Positions 9,580-18,293 of a DNA stretch of 57,849 nt are shown here, piece by piece. This DNA comes from Minisyncoccia bacterium (lineage in GTDB: Bacteria; Patescibacteriota; Minisyncoccia; Phycocordibacterales; UBA9973). Numbering within the stretch: position 1 is the first letter of the stretch; every line of letters starts with the position of its first letter. The notes under the pieces are model-generated. The model ran no database searches. It was not told the origin of the DNA and saw nothing but the letters and a program-made list of their open reading frames with translations. Position numbers and translations under genes: made by a program. Location of the stretch: the NCBI GenBank assembly GCA_038251535.1, contig JBBSBF010000004.1:1-57849 (forward strand), given 5' to 3'.

Positions 9580-9786
9580 TTATAACTTAAAAGAATGTAC
9601 TAGAAATAAAGGGAACAATCGACTCATAAATCCCCTCTGTACTACGCGGTGGAGACTCTGACGGAGGAGCAAATGTTTGCGCTGTTCAGTACGATAGTCT
9701 TGCCCATGCAATATCTTGTAGTCGATACGCTGGTTGAGCTTTCGAAGTTGGTGGTGAATATTTTTGCTGTATTGATGTCGTGTCAT
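9580..9786 (-). CDS. Small basic hypothetical protein, first gene of lexA operon
   Basis: Start MTRHQY at 9786, downstream of the boxed promoter; helical basic sequence. Confidence 0.6.
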   Translation of the reverse strand: MTRHQYSKNIHHQLRKLNQRIDYKILHGQDYRTEQRKHLLLRQSLHRVVQRGFMSRLFPLFLVHSFKL

Positions 9787-9829
9787 ATATTGCGGGGCAA
9801 GGTTAGTTGATAATTGCGACCGTATATAT

Positions 9830-9859
9830 AGTATAAGTGAACGAACGTTCACCAGTCAA
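9830..9859 (-). promoter_or_regulatory. Sigma70-type promoter with putative LexA (SOS) box in the spacer
   Basis: TTGACT (9854-9859), 18 nt, TATACT (9830-9835); palindrome GTGAAC-GAAC-GTTCAC at 9837-9852 fits GAAC-N4-GTTC. Confidence 0.8.
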
Positions 9860-9868
9860 GAAACGCGG

Positions 9869-9877
9869 TGTGGATAA
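9869..9877 (-). promoter_or_regulatory. Perfect DnaA-box consensus TTATCCACA
   Basis: TGTGGATAA on + strand, 9 nt upstream of the -35 of the lexA operon; single site. Confidence 0.4.
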
Positions 9878-9937
9878 CTACACACACTACTAAAAAGTGT
9901 TCATTTATATAGAAAAATACTATACTTAGATAACATT

Positions 9938-10789
9938 ATGAAGACTCTTGTTAAAGATACGTTCATCCATTGGAACAAACACAAAGCTTCACGTATGGGC
10001 GCCGCTCTCTCGTACTACGCAGTGTTTTCTTTTATACCGCTCCTCGTGTTGCTGATGACTATTTCGAGCGCACTGTTTACGACGCACACGATCCAACAAG
10101 GTATTGCCGGGCAATTGACCGAAACTGTCGGACCGGGGGCATCGCAGTACATCACAAACATCCTTCAAAACAATCATTTTCGCAGCAATACCGATCTCTC
10201 TTCGATACTAAGTATCCTCGTTCTCATTGTCGGTGCGCTCGGTATGTTTACTGAACTTACGAGTGATCTCAATGAGCTGTGGGAAGTCACCGATGCAGAG
10301 TCTAAACAACACACCTCAGTGTATAAAAAAATCCTCGCATTTCTACACTCCAGGACAATACCATTGTTACTAATCCCCTTGCTCGCAGTACTCATGGTTA
10401 CTTCTATTGGAGTGACAATCTTTATTGCATTGATCAAAGACAGTGTTGTGTTTCCGTTGACGTTGGTAGCATCGTTGATTCAGGTCGCAATCCCACTTGT
10501 TTTGACTACGGTGTTGTTTATGCTCGTGTATAAAATACTACCAAAACGAAATGTTCCGTGGAAAATACTTTTGACTGGAGGACTGGTCACCGCAACGTTG
10601 TTTATTATCGGAAATATATTGATCGGGTTGTATATAAAAATGATCGGTCAGTCTAGTACTTTTGGCGGCGCTTCTTCGTGGGTTGGGCTCTTGGTGTGGA
10701 TGTACTACTCTGCGCAAGTATTTTTTTTGGGCGCATCGTTTACTTTTGTGTTTGCAAAGTCAAAAGGATTTATTCCTTCTCGTGACTAA
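9938..10789 (+). CDS. YihY/virulence factor BrkB family membrane protein
   Basis: GAALSYYAVFS..PLL and LLVWMYYSAQVFFLGA motifs; multi-TM. Confidence 0.92.
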   Translation: MKTLVKDTFIHWNKHKASRMGAALSYYAVFSFIPLLVLLMTISSALFTTHTIQQGIAGQLTETVGPGASQYITNILQNNHFRSNTDLSSILSILVLIVGALGMFTELTSDLNELWEVTDAESKQHTSVYKKILAFLHSRTIPLLLIPLLAVLMVTSIGVTIFIALIKDSVVFPLTLVASLIQVAIPLVLTTVLFMLVYKILPKRNVPWKILLTGGLVTATLFIIGNILIGLYIKMIGQSSTFGGASSWVGLLVWMYYSAQVFFLGASFTFVFAKSKGFIPSRD

Positions 10790-11909
10790 TCGCAATACGG
10801 AGTGCTTCAGTTGCAATCATTTTTCCAGCGTCTGGAGTGTAAAATTTTCGTGCATGTTCTGACATAGCATCGTAGCGATCCTTGTTTTGTAGTATTGATT
10901 TGATCTCGTCGAGAAGTATCGATGGAGTGAGATTTGATTCCTCAATGACAACACATGCGCCTGTTCGTGCATAATGATATGCATTTTTGCGCTGATGGTC
11001 GTCGTGGTATACCTTTGGTGAACCGGGGATAATGATAGATGGCTTGCCCCAGGCTGCTATCTCAAACAACGACGAACCTGCGCGAGATACGATGATGTCT
11101 ACTGCTCCTCCAAAGACTTTTGTTTGGACGTTGTTTAAATATGGAAACGCTTTGTATCGGCTGCGTTTAGTATTGTCGCCGAGTGATATCCTGACTTCAG
11201 TTACCACATCCTCATAGTCAGCAATACCTGTCTGGTGTATTACCTGATAATCCTCGATAAGCTCTGGAACGATACTCACTACTGCGTCATTTATCTTTCT
11301 CGCACCGAGTGACCCACCCCATACTCCGATCGTTGGAAGATCTGCATCGGGTAGTTCAAAGAACTCCTTTGCGCCATCTGGGATTGATCGTGAGAGGTTT
11401 TTGCGTACTGGCTGACCAGTAATAGAGATCTTTCGAGCATCAAAATAACTTGCTGCTTCTGGATACGACAGTGCTACTTTTTGCGCAAATTTACCAGCCC
11501 ATTTGTTCACTCGCCCTGGGGCCGTATCTGACTCGTGAATGATGACTGGTATACGCAACAGCCACGCAGCGACCAACACCGGGAAGCTTACGTATCCACC
11601 TTTGCTAATGACGACATCTGGATATAGTCGAAATACCTTAAACAGCGCATCGACAATCCCGATCATAGTTTTGAAGGCGTCAGTAATGTTTTTGAGTGAA
11701 AAATACACTCGCAACTTCCCTGCCGTTATGGGAATGAAGGTTATAAACTGTTCCTCTAGGAGCTCTTTATCATATGGAGTCACCGCCATATAGTAGAGTG
11801 ACATGTTGATGATGCGCTCTTCGTCGGCGATCTTGTTGAGCTCTTCAGCTATGGCCATAAGTGGGTAAAAGTGTCCTCCTGTTCCGCCTCCTGTTAGTAG
11901 TATTTTCAT
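10770..11909 (-). CDS. murG: Undecaprenyl-PP-MurNAc-pentapeptide GlcNAc transferase
   Basis: GGGTGGHFYP, KGGYVS.P, HESD, GGSLGA, SRAG motifs. Confidence 0.96.
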   Translation of the reverse strand: MKILLTGGGTGGHFYPLMAIAEELNKIADEERIINMSLYYMAVTPYDKELLEEQFITFIPITAGKLRVYFSLKNITDAFKTMIGIVDALFKVFRLYPDVVISKGGYVSFPVLVAAWLLRIPVIIHESDTAPGRVNKWAGKFAQKVALSYPEAASYFDARKISITGQPVRKNLSRSIPDGAKEFFELPDADLPTIGVWGGSLGARKINDAVVSIVPELIEDYQVIHQTGIADYEDVVTEVRISLGDNTKRSRYKAFPYLNNVQTKVFGGAVDIIVSRAGSSLFEIAAWGKPSIIIPGSPKVYHDDHQRKNAYHYARTGACVVIEESNLTPSILLDEIKSILQNKDRYDAMSEHARKFYTPDAGKMIATEALRIAISHEKE

Positions 11910-11920
11910 ATGTGTATGTA

Positions 11921-13045
11921 TTATACCTTCTTTTGATGTCGAGATACATTCAAAATTATCCCCATAGCGGCTAGGGCAATAAATAACGATGTTCCACCGT
12001 GGCTAATAAAGACGAGCGGTACTCCCGTCAATGGAAATAACCCTACCAGAGAAGCAATATTGAGAAATGACTGCCCAATGACGAGCGTCATAATCCCCAC
12101 TACTAAAAACTGCGAAAAGTTATCGGGCGCTAACAGGGCGATCTTGTACCCGCGTATTGCCAAAAAGATATACAGGATGATCAATATCATCGTGCCAAAA
12201 AACCCAAACTCTTCGCCAATAACTGCAAAGACTGAGTCTCCTTGTGGCTCAGGCAGATAGTTAAATTTCTGTACGCTTTGTCCCAAACCTCTTCCAAACA
12301 CACCTCCTGAACCGATGGCTATCAGAGATTGCTGGAGTTGATACGATGAACCTCGTGGATCACTCGATGGGTTGAGGTATGTCTTGATACGATCCATGAC
12401 ATATGGTCGAGCAAATGCAAGTCCGATAGTTCCGATGATGCCAACTGCGATAAAAATACTAATTTTTTTCCAGCTGACACCTGAGACAAACAACATACCT
12501 GACGCAGCAGCGACGATAAGGATGAGACTTTTTGTATCGGGTTGCTTGAGCAAGATTGCGGCAACAATACCGAGTAAAACCAAGAGCGGGATAATTTTAA
12601 ATTTCATTTCATGATTTTTCTGCTGAGACCAGGCAAGCCATGTTGCAAAGTAGATGACAAACCCTAATTTCAACAACTCCGCAGGTTGAAACGACACGGG
12701 ACCGATAGAGATCCATCGTTGTGCTCCTCCGTGTGCAAATCCAAGCCCTGGGATAAATACGGCAATAGTGAGGATCAGTGTACCGAGAAATATATAAAAA
12801 GCATTTTTTTTCCAAAACAAATACGGGATCTTCATCGTTATCCATAACGCTGCAAATCCTCCGACGAGTCCGAGCACAATCTGGTTAAATAACACTGCAT
12901 AAAACTTACTCTCGCTTTTTGCAAGTATCCCAAGCGACGCAGACACAAACGAAAAAAGCCCGATGATGGTAATGATAACTACTATTCCGAGAAAATATCG
13001 GTCAAATGGTTTCTGAGGTGTTTTTTTGGATATAACTTTTTTCAT
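11921..13045 (-). CDS. ftsW: SEDS peptidoglycan polymerase FtsW
   Basis: GAQRWI, FQPAELLK, QPD, EEFG, PLTGVPL.FIS.GGTS; lies between mraY and murG. Confidence 0.92.
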   Translation of the reverse strand: MKKVISKKTPQKPFDRYFLGIVVIITIIGLFSFVSASLGILAKSESKFYAVLFNQIVLGLVGGFAALWITMKIPYLFWKKNAFYIFLGTLILTIAVFIPGLGFAHGGAQRWISIGPVSFQPAELLKLGFVIYFATWLAWSQQKNHEMKFKIIPLLVLLGIVAAILLKQPDTKSLILIVAAASGMLFVSGVSWKKISIFIAVGIIGTIGLAFARPYVMDRIKTYLNPSSDPRGSSYQLQQSLIAIGSGGVFGRGLGQSVQKFNYLPEPQGDSVFAVIGEEFGFFGTMILIILYIFLAIRGYKIALLAPDNFSQFLVVGIMTLVIGQSFLNIASLVGLFPLTGVPLVFISHGGTSLFIALAAMGIILNVSRHQKKV

Positions 13046-14109
13046 TATTTACTAATAAATACGATTACTACTCCGATCAATGCAGTCACAATACTGACGA
13101 TCCAGTATCGCATCACTACCTTTTCGCGTGTCCATCCGAGTGCATGAAAATGATGATGCAGAGGCGCTATCTTAAAGACTCGCCGTTTGCCAAAATATTT
13201 GTAACTAGCGATCTGTATCAAACTCGACGCAGTCGTCGCAACGAGCGGAAGAGCGATCAGTGGAAGTATGAGTACCGTATCGGTCAAAAAGGCAATAACG
13301 GTGAGCACTACCATTAGTCCCAAAATACCAGTTTCACCCATATAAAATCGCGCTGGCGGGATATTGAACCACAAAAACGCAAGGATACTTCCCGTGATCA
13401 CTCCACAAAACGCTGCAATGTCTATCTGGTTTTGTCCAAAGCCAATGATCGCATACGCAGCAAAAATGATTGCGAGTACGCCACCTGCCAGTCCATCCAT
13501 CCCATCGATTGTCGATGTTGAAAACACCGCAACCATTACTACGGTGAAAAAAGGTATGAACAAAACTCCGAGGTGTAGGTAGTGTATCGAGAACGGAATT
13601 GCTATTGCGGATATACCCAACTTGAAATAAAACCAGTACCCGATGGCAAGCCCGATGGCTACGACACCTGCTATCTTTGTATACCGATATATAATCGCAT
13701 CATTTGCGTACGCGCCCTTTCCTCTGATCTGTGTCAGGTCATCGAGCAACCCAATACCCGAACCGATGAGAAGTGCAACAAGTGGCACGAGTGTCTGACT
13801 ACGACTATAAAAGTCGAGTTTAGCACTGATATCTGAAGGAACAATTTTTGAAATAAGCCATATCAGAGATATGGAAATAATAACTGAAAGCCATATGATG
13901 ATACCGCCAACGCGAGGAGTAGACAGTTCGGCAGTAGCGTTGTGGATTTTCTTGAAGTCAGTGTTGGTGATGTCGGCGTGTTCTGATCGAGTAGTTTTTT
14001 TCCACATCTTTTTGCGGTACATATACGCCGTCAATCGCGGTGTAAGCCCGATCCCGATCAAAAAGGATAGCGTGGTTGGTAGGAAAATTTTGATAACGTT
14101 GATAATCAT
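13045..14109 (-). CDS. mraY: Phospho-N-acetylmuramoyl-pentapeptide transferase
   Basis: TPRVGG, GLLDD, DGMDGLAGG, FNIPPARFYMG, APLHHHF. Confidence 0.95.
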   Translation of the reverse strand: MIINVIKIFLPTTLSFLIGIGLTPRLTAYMYRKKMWKKTTRSEHADITNTDFKKIHNATAELSTPRVGGIIIWLSVIISISLIWLISKIVPSDISAKLDFYSRSQTLVPLVALLIGSGIGLLDDLTQIRGKGAYANDAIIYRYTKIAGVVAIGLAIGYWFYFKLGISAIAIPFSIHYLHLGVLFIPFFTVVMVAVFSTSTIDGMDGLAGGVLAIIFAAYAIIGFGQNQIDIAAFCGVITGSILAFLWFNIPPARFYMGETGILGLMVVLTVIAFLTDTVLILPLIALPLVATTASSLIQIASYKYFGKRRVFKIAPLHHHFHALGWTREKVVMRYWIVSIVTALIGVVIVFISK

Positions 14110-14636
14110 GATGCAGTAGTGCCCAAAAGTCCTTGGAGTGTTTTTTTTGTTTCTTCGTATTGCGGTAGTTGCTCGATACTCGTTATCCCAAAATGTTGCA
14201 ACAGCGCGATGGTTGGTAGGTAGATTTGACTACGTCCTGCGCCTGTTTGCTCGATCAGTCCCCTCATGAGTAGTGACCGTAAACTATACGAAACGTTCAC
14301 TCCTCTGATAAATTCTATCTGGGATCTTGTCGACTGTGAGAGATATGCGATGACGGCGAGTGTTTCGGCGCTCGCCTTTGAGAGCTCTTTGGAGAGGTCG
14401 TCTTTGCGGATAGCTTCAATGAGCGGGCTATATGCAGGCTTTGTGACGAGACTTACTACTTCGTTTAGTACGACAAGTTCGATGCCGTGTCCTTCAAATT
14501 TTTCTTGCAAATGTTGGACTGCCTGCGCGATGTCTTCTATCGACACCTCCAATCGTGAGGCCAGCCGCGCATAAGTCTCTGCTTCAGCAGTTGCAAAGAG
14601 TATCGCTTCGATTGATTGAGGGAGTGTTTCTTTCAT
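14106..14636 (-). CDS. scpB: SMC-Scp complex subunit ScpB
   Basis: IEAILF, LSKASAETLAVIAY, IEFIRGVN. Confidence 0.93.
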   Translation of the reverse strand: MKETLPQSIEAILFATAEAETYARLASRLEVSIEDIAQAVQHLQEKFEGHGIELVVLNEVVSLVTKPAYSPLIEAIRKDDLSKELSKASAETLAVIAYLSQSTRSQIEFIRGVNVSYSLRSLLMRGLIEQTGAGRSQIYLPTIALLQHFGITSIEQLPQYEETKKTLQGLLGTTAS

Positions 14637-14645
14637 ACATGGACA

Positions 14646-15383
14646 TTAGGCACGTTCGAGGTGTATCTCATCAAACTGATTGGACTGTTGCGCCGCAATC
14701 AGACCCCTCCTAACCAACTCTAGCATACCAAGAAATGACACGATGGTATAGACTTTTTGGCTTTTGGTATCGGCATCAGGCGCGTTGACTCTAATATCAC
14801 TGAAATTGCACGAAATGATTTTCTCAATCCGCTCTTGGAGTGTCGTGAGGACTTCCGTGATCGAAATAGTTGCCGTTACTCGCGCTTCTAGCTTTGACGG
14901 TGCTGCTGGAGGAATGCGCGCGACGATGTCGAATATCAGTTGTGGCAATTTCTCAAGACTGAGCACGGGGTCTGGAGCAAACACAACGCTTGCCATACGC
15001 GGCGCACTTTCAAACGATATGTGCTTGCCGTACTGTCTGGAGAGCTCTGTTGATACATCTGAGATAACTTTGTACAACGCGAGGCGGCGTTCTAGGTCGG
15101 TGATAGATTCATGTTCTTCACTCGTGAGCTCGAGCGTTGGGAGGAGCGAGCGCGCCTTAATCAGTATCAGCGTTGCCGCAATGGCGAGAAAGTTACTGAC
15201 CTGATCTGGATGCATGCCCTTTGATTGGATGTACGAGATAAAGTCGTCGGTGACCGATGCAAGTGAGACGTCGTTTACAAAAAGTTTGCGTTTTTCGATC
15301 AACTCTAATAACACCTCAATCGGTCCTTCAAAACTCTCGTGTTTGATCTGAAATTGATTTTCGACAACTGCTTCAGTTTCCAT
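14646..15383 (-). CDS. scpA: Segregation/condensation protein A
   Basis: FEGPIEVLLELIEK, AATLILIKARSLLP, SFLGMLEL. Confidence 0.94.
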   Translation of the reverse strand: METEAVVENQFQIKHESFEGPIEVLLELIEKRKLFVNDVSLASVTDDFISYIQSKGMHPDQVSNFLAIAATLILIKARSLLPTLELTSEEHESITDLERRLALYKVISDVSTELSRQYGKHISFESAPRMASVVFAPDPVLSLEKLPQLIFDIVARIPPAAPSKLEARVTATISITEVLTTLQERIEKIISCNFSDIRVNAPDADTKSQKVYTIVSFLGMLELVRRGLIAAQQSNQFDEIHLERA

Positions 15384-15531
15384 AAGTTTCTATAGTATAC
15401 CGTATAAAAAGAGTTGCGGCCGTTAAAGTTGACTTATAAGTATATTAATGTATAATAAAATCATCCTAGATATAAACTATATAAGCGTTCAATTCTAGGA
15501 AGTGGCGCTTTGTACATTTAAATTTAATAAA

Positions 15532-15807
15532 ATGGAAGATTTTCAAGCAGCATTTCAGTTAGTACTAAACGGAGAATTTTTGAGTCGTGTATTTGTAGCT
15601 TTTCATTCGATAAGACATGAGAACGTCAATACACAAGGTTACGCTGAAGAAGCAGAGAAAATTAATAAATTTAAGGTAATGAAAGCAGCTTTGAGAGCTG
15701 GCATAGAAAAAGGAGAGATAATATGTATGAACGACATTGCAATAGATAATGCATGCGAGACCTTAAAAAAACGATTGAAAGTAGTGGCAAGGCTGGCTTT
15801 GAAATAA
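15532..15807 (+). CDS. Hypothetical protein (AT-rich insert)
   Basis: ORF with its own TTGACT...TATAAT promoter (about 15429-15456) and terminator; start MEDFQ is a best guess. Confidence 0.6.
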   Translation: MEDFQAAFQLVLNGEFLSRVFVAFHSIRHENVNTQGYAEEAEKINKFKVMKAALRAGIEKGEIICMNDIAIDNACETLKKRLKVVARLALK

Positions 15808-15811
15808 AAGT

Positions 15812-15849
15812 ATAGCTCGGGATATATAATTCCGAGCTATTTTTATTTT
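15812..15849 (+). terminator. Intrinsic terminator
   Basis: ATAGCTCGG/CCGAGCTAT stem followed by a T-run. Confidence 0.75.
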
Positions 15850-15894
15850 ATATTTCATGTACCCAATTTAAGCGATAGCAGAGAAAGAGAATCT

Positions 15895-17322
15895 TTATTT
15901 CTTCTCTATTTTTTTCAACACAATACTGAGCTCATCAAGCTGCTTCTGCGAGATTTCTGACGGTGACTGCATCATCGGATCCCTACCTTCACCAGTCTTG
16001 GGAAATACCATTACTTCGCGGATGTTTGGTTCGTCCAACAGGAGCATCATGAGTCGATCAAATCCCCACGCGATCCCTCCATGTGGAGGAGTCCCCGTCT
16101 TGAACGCATGGATCATGTGCCCAAAGTTTTGCTCTATCGTTTCTCCATCATGACCCAGTATTTCAAATACTTTCATCAGTGCATCGTACGTATGGTTACG
16201 GATCGATCCTCCCCCGATCTCGTAGCCATTGAGCACGATGTCGTACTGCGTCGTGAGGATACTTTCGAGGTCTTTTTTATCCATCAGATTACTCATATGT
16301 TCTTCGATCGGACGAGAAAATGGATTGTGCGTAAATGTCCATTCACCTTGTGCTTGCGGGTTGTCGCTCTTGTCGGTGCGTTCAAAAAATGGGAAGTCTA
16401 CTATCCAACAAAATGCGAGTACGTTGGGATCGGTTTTGTCTTCACGGATGTCGGGTCGATCGTTCCCATATGTTGCCATCGCATCTTTGTATGAGATACG
16501 AGGAAATGGGATTGCTTGGATGCTCTTTTCTGGGAATAGTTTCGTTACGACATTTATCAGTATTTTTTCATTCAACGCCATGACTTCGTCGCGGTTGACG
16601 AAAGACACCTCCATATCAAGCTGTGTGAATTCTGGCTGTCTGTCTCCTCTGCCGTCTTCGTCGCGCATGCATTTGGCAAACTGAAAGTACCGCTCCACCC
16701 CCGCTGCCATGAGAAGTTGTTTGTATTGCTGAGGTGACTGGGGGAGCGCATAAAAGGTACCTGGATAGATTCGTGATGGCACCACATAGTCTCGTGCGCC
16801 TTCCGGAGTACTCTTGGTGAGGATAGGTGTTTCTACTTCGATAAATCGTTCTTCCTGGAGGGCGTTGCGCACGTATTGCACAACTTGGGCACGCTTGCGC
16901 ATGTTTCGCTGCATACGCTCACTGCGCAAGTCGAGGTATCGATATTTGAGACGTGTTTCTTCCCCGACTTCTTTGGTGTCAGTGTTTATCTCAAATGGCA
17001 ATGGTTCGGCAGAGTTTAAAACTTTGATTGCAGTTATCTCAAGTTCGATATCTCCATTTTGTTTGTCTGCCTGGACATTGCGTTCTGGGCGTTTGTTTAC
17101 GATACCAACAATCTCTACCACTGATTCTGGACGCGCTTCTTTGACCACCTCTGCAAATTCAGTCACTCGTAGAGGCAGCAGCACTCCCTGAATCTTGCCG
17201 GTCATATCCCTGAAATCAAAAAACACCATCTTGCCCTGGTCCCTCCGGACATCGATCCATCCCTTGATCGTGATGGTCTCCCCCACCTTTGCGCTCGCAT
17301 CTCCAATATATGTTCGTTCCAT
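15895..17322 (-). CDS. aspS: Aspartate--tRNA ligase (short form lacking GAD insertion)
   Basis: OB fold, RLKYRYLDLR, PEGARDY, LPQSPQ.YKQLLM, RQPEFTQLD, PPHGG. Confidence 0.96.
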   Translation of the reverse strand: MERTYIGDASAKVGETITIKGWIDVRRDQGKMVFFDFRDMTGKIQGVLLPLRVTEFAEVVKEARPESVVEIVGIVNKRPERNVQADKQNGDIELEITAIKVLNSAEPLPFEINTDTKEVGEETRLKYRYLDLRSERMQRNMRKRAQVVQYVRNALQEERFIEVETPILTKSTPEGARDYVVPSRIYPGTFYALPQSPQQYKQLLMAAGVERYFQFAKCMRDEDGRGDRQPEFTQLDMEVSFVNRDEVMALNEKILINVVTKLFPEKSIQAIPFPRISYKDAMATYGNDRPDIREDKTDPNVLAFCWIVDFPFFERTDKSDNPQAQGEWTFTHNPFSRPIEEHMSNLMDKKDLESILTTQYDIVLNGYEIGGGSIRNHTYDALMKVFEILGHDGETIEQNFGHMIHAFKTGTPPHGGIAWGFDRLMMLLLDEPNIREVMVFPKTGEGRDPMMQSPSEISQKQLDELSIVLKKIEKK

Positions 17323-17353
17323 AGTCTCTGCATTCTACCCGAAACCCGGCAAT

Positions 17354-17384
17354 AAAAAAAGCCCGAGGAATGCTCAGGACTTTT
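17354..17384 (-). terminator. Intrinsic terminator
   Basis: Imperfect hairpin with a T-run downstream of the 17400-17972 ORF. Confidence 0.55.
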
Positions 17385-17399
17385 CAGTATAGTACTTGT

Positions 17400-17972
17400 T
17401 TATGCACTAACAATAATAAAAGGTCGTTGCACACCCGCACTAAATGTTTCTGCTGCTTCGAGTGCAATATTTAATCGCTTTTCAGGATCTTCACAATCTT
17501 TAGTTGCATACAGAGCGCCAAGAGCAAGATCTTCTCCACAGCCGGTTGCACAGAAATTTTCTGCATGAACTGATACTTGATAGTCACTTTGTATTTTAAA
17601 GATTTCTCCTTTCACAGCCACAATAAATGTTCCACCCGATATTCTTTCTTCTTTTTTGTGCTCATACCCCCCTTCTCGCAAACATTTTTGTAAAGCAGGA
17701 ATAAACTTTCTAACCATATACCCGAATAGATCTTTTTCATCTTTCTTTTTATCTATTATTGGAAGTATTAATACATGTTGTATCAATTGCCCCATACGGT
17801 AACTCGAAGTGAATCCGAAGAGCCAAGGATTTTCGTCAGGATCATCTTTCAAAAAGACTTTGGGATCTTTACGAATTGATATTTTCAAACTATCGTTTGT
17901 AGCAGCAGAGTCTCCGCCAATATAAACTTTATTGCCTTGTTTCAAGGCGACGATGCAAGTTGTCGTATCCAT
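17400..17972 (-). CDS. Proteasome-beta/HslV-like Ntn hydrolase
   Basis: TTTCIVA...IGGDSA, conserved Lys in DPKVF, ATGCGEDLALGAL, ALEAA...SAGV..PF. Confidence 0.75.
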   Translation of the reverse strand: MDTTTCIVALKQGNKVYIGGDSAATNDSLKISIRKDPKVFLKDDPDENPWLFGFTSSYRMGQLIQHVLILPIIDKKKDEKDLFGYMVRKFIPALQKCLREGGYEHKKEERISGGTFIVAVKGEIFKIQSDYQVSVHAENFCATGCGEDLALGALYATKDCEDPEKRLNIALEAAETFSAGVQRPFIIVSA

Positions 17973-18021
17973 AAATTTTTAAGTTTTTTCATATTATACA
18001 CAAAGTTAATAAAAAGTCAAA

Positions 18022-18050
18022 TAAAAAAAGCCCGGTATTCCGGGACTTTA
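18022..18050 (-). terminator. Intrinsic terminator
   Basis: CCCGG-TATT-CCGGG hairpin with a T-run on the minus strand. Confidence 0.65.
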
Positions 18051-18053
18051 TGT

Positions 18054-18269
18054 TTATTTACTATTCCATGCATCAGCTGCTCCCGTAAGTTCGGGTTCAG
18101 TATCTCCAGTATGGGGATACATTATTTCAGAAATATCTGAAACTTTATCTCCTTTTTTATTTTGAAGATATTTTGATTCGAGCTGACTGATAACCTCTTT
18201 CTGTTCATTCTTGGTCAATAGATTAAAGTTATTGAGTATTGTACTGTTTAAAAAACTTTTTGCATCCAT
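18054..18269 (-). CDS. Small hypothetical protein
   Basis: 71-aa ORF 24 nt downstream of the 376-aa ORF, followed by a terminator. Confidence 0.65.
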   Translation of the reverse strand: MDAKSFLNSTILNNFNLLTKNEQKEVISQLESKYLQNKKGDKVSDISEIMYPHTGDTEPELTGAADAWNSK

Positions 18270-18293
18270 AAAATTTATTTATTTGTTATTTAA

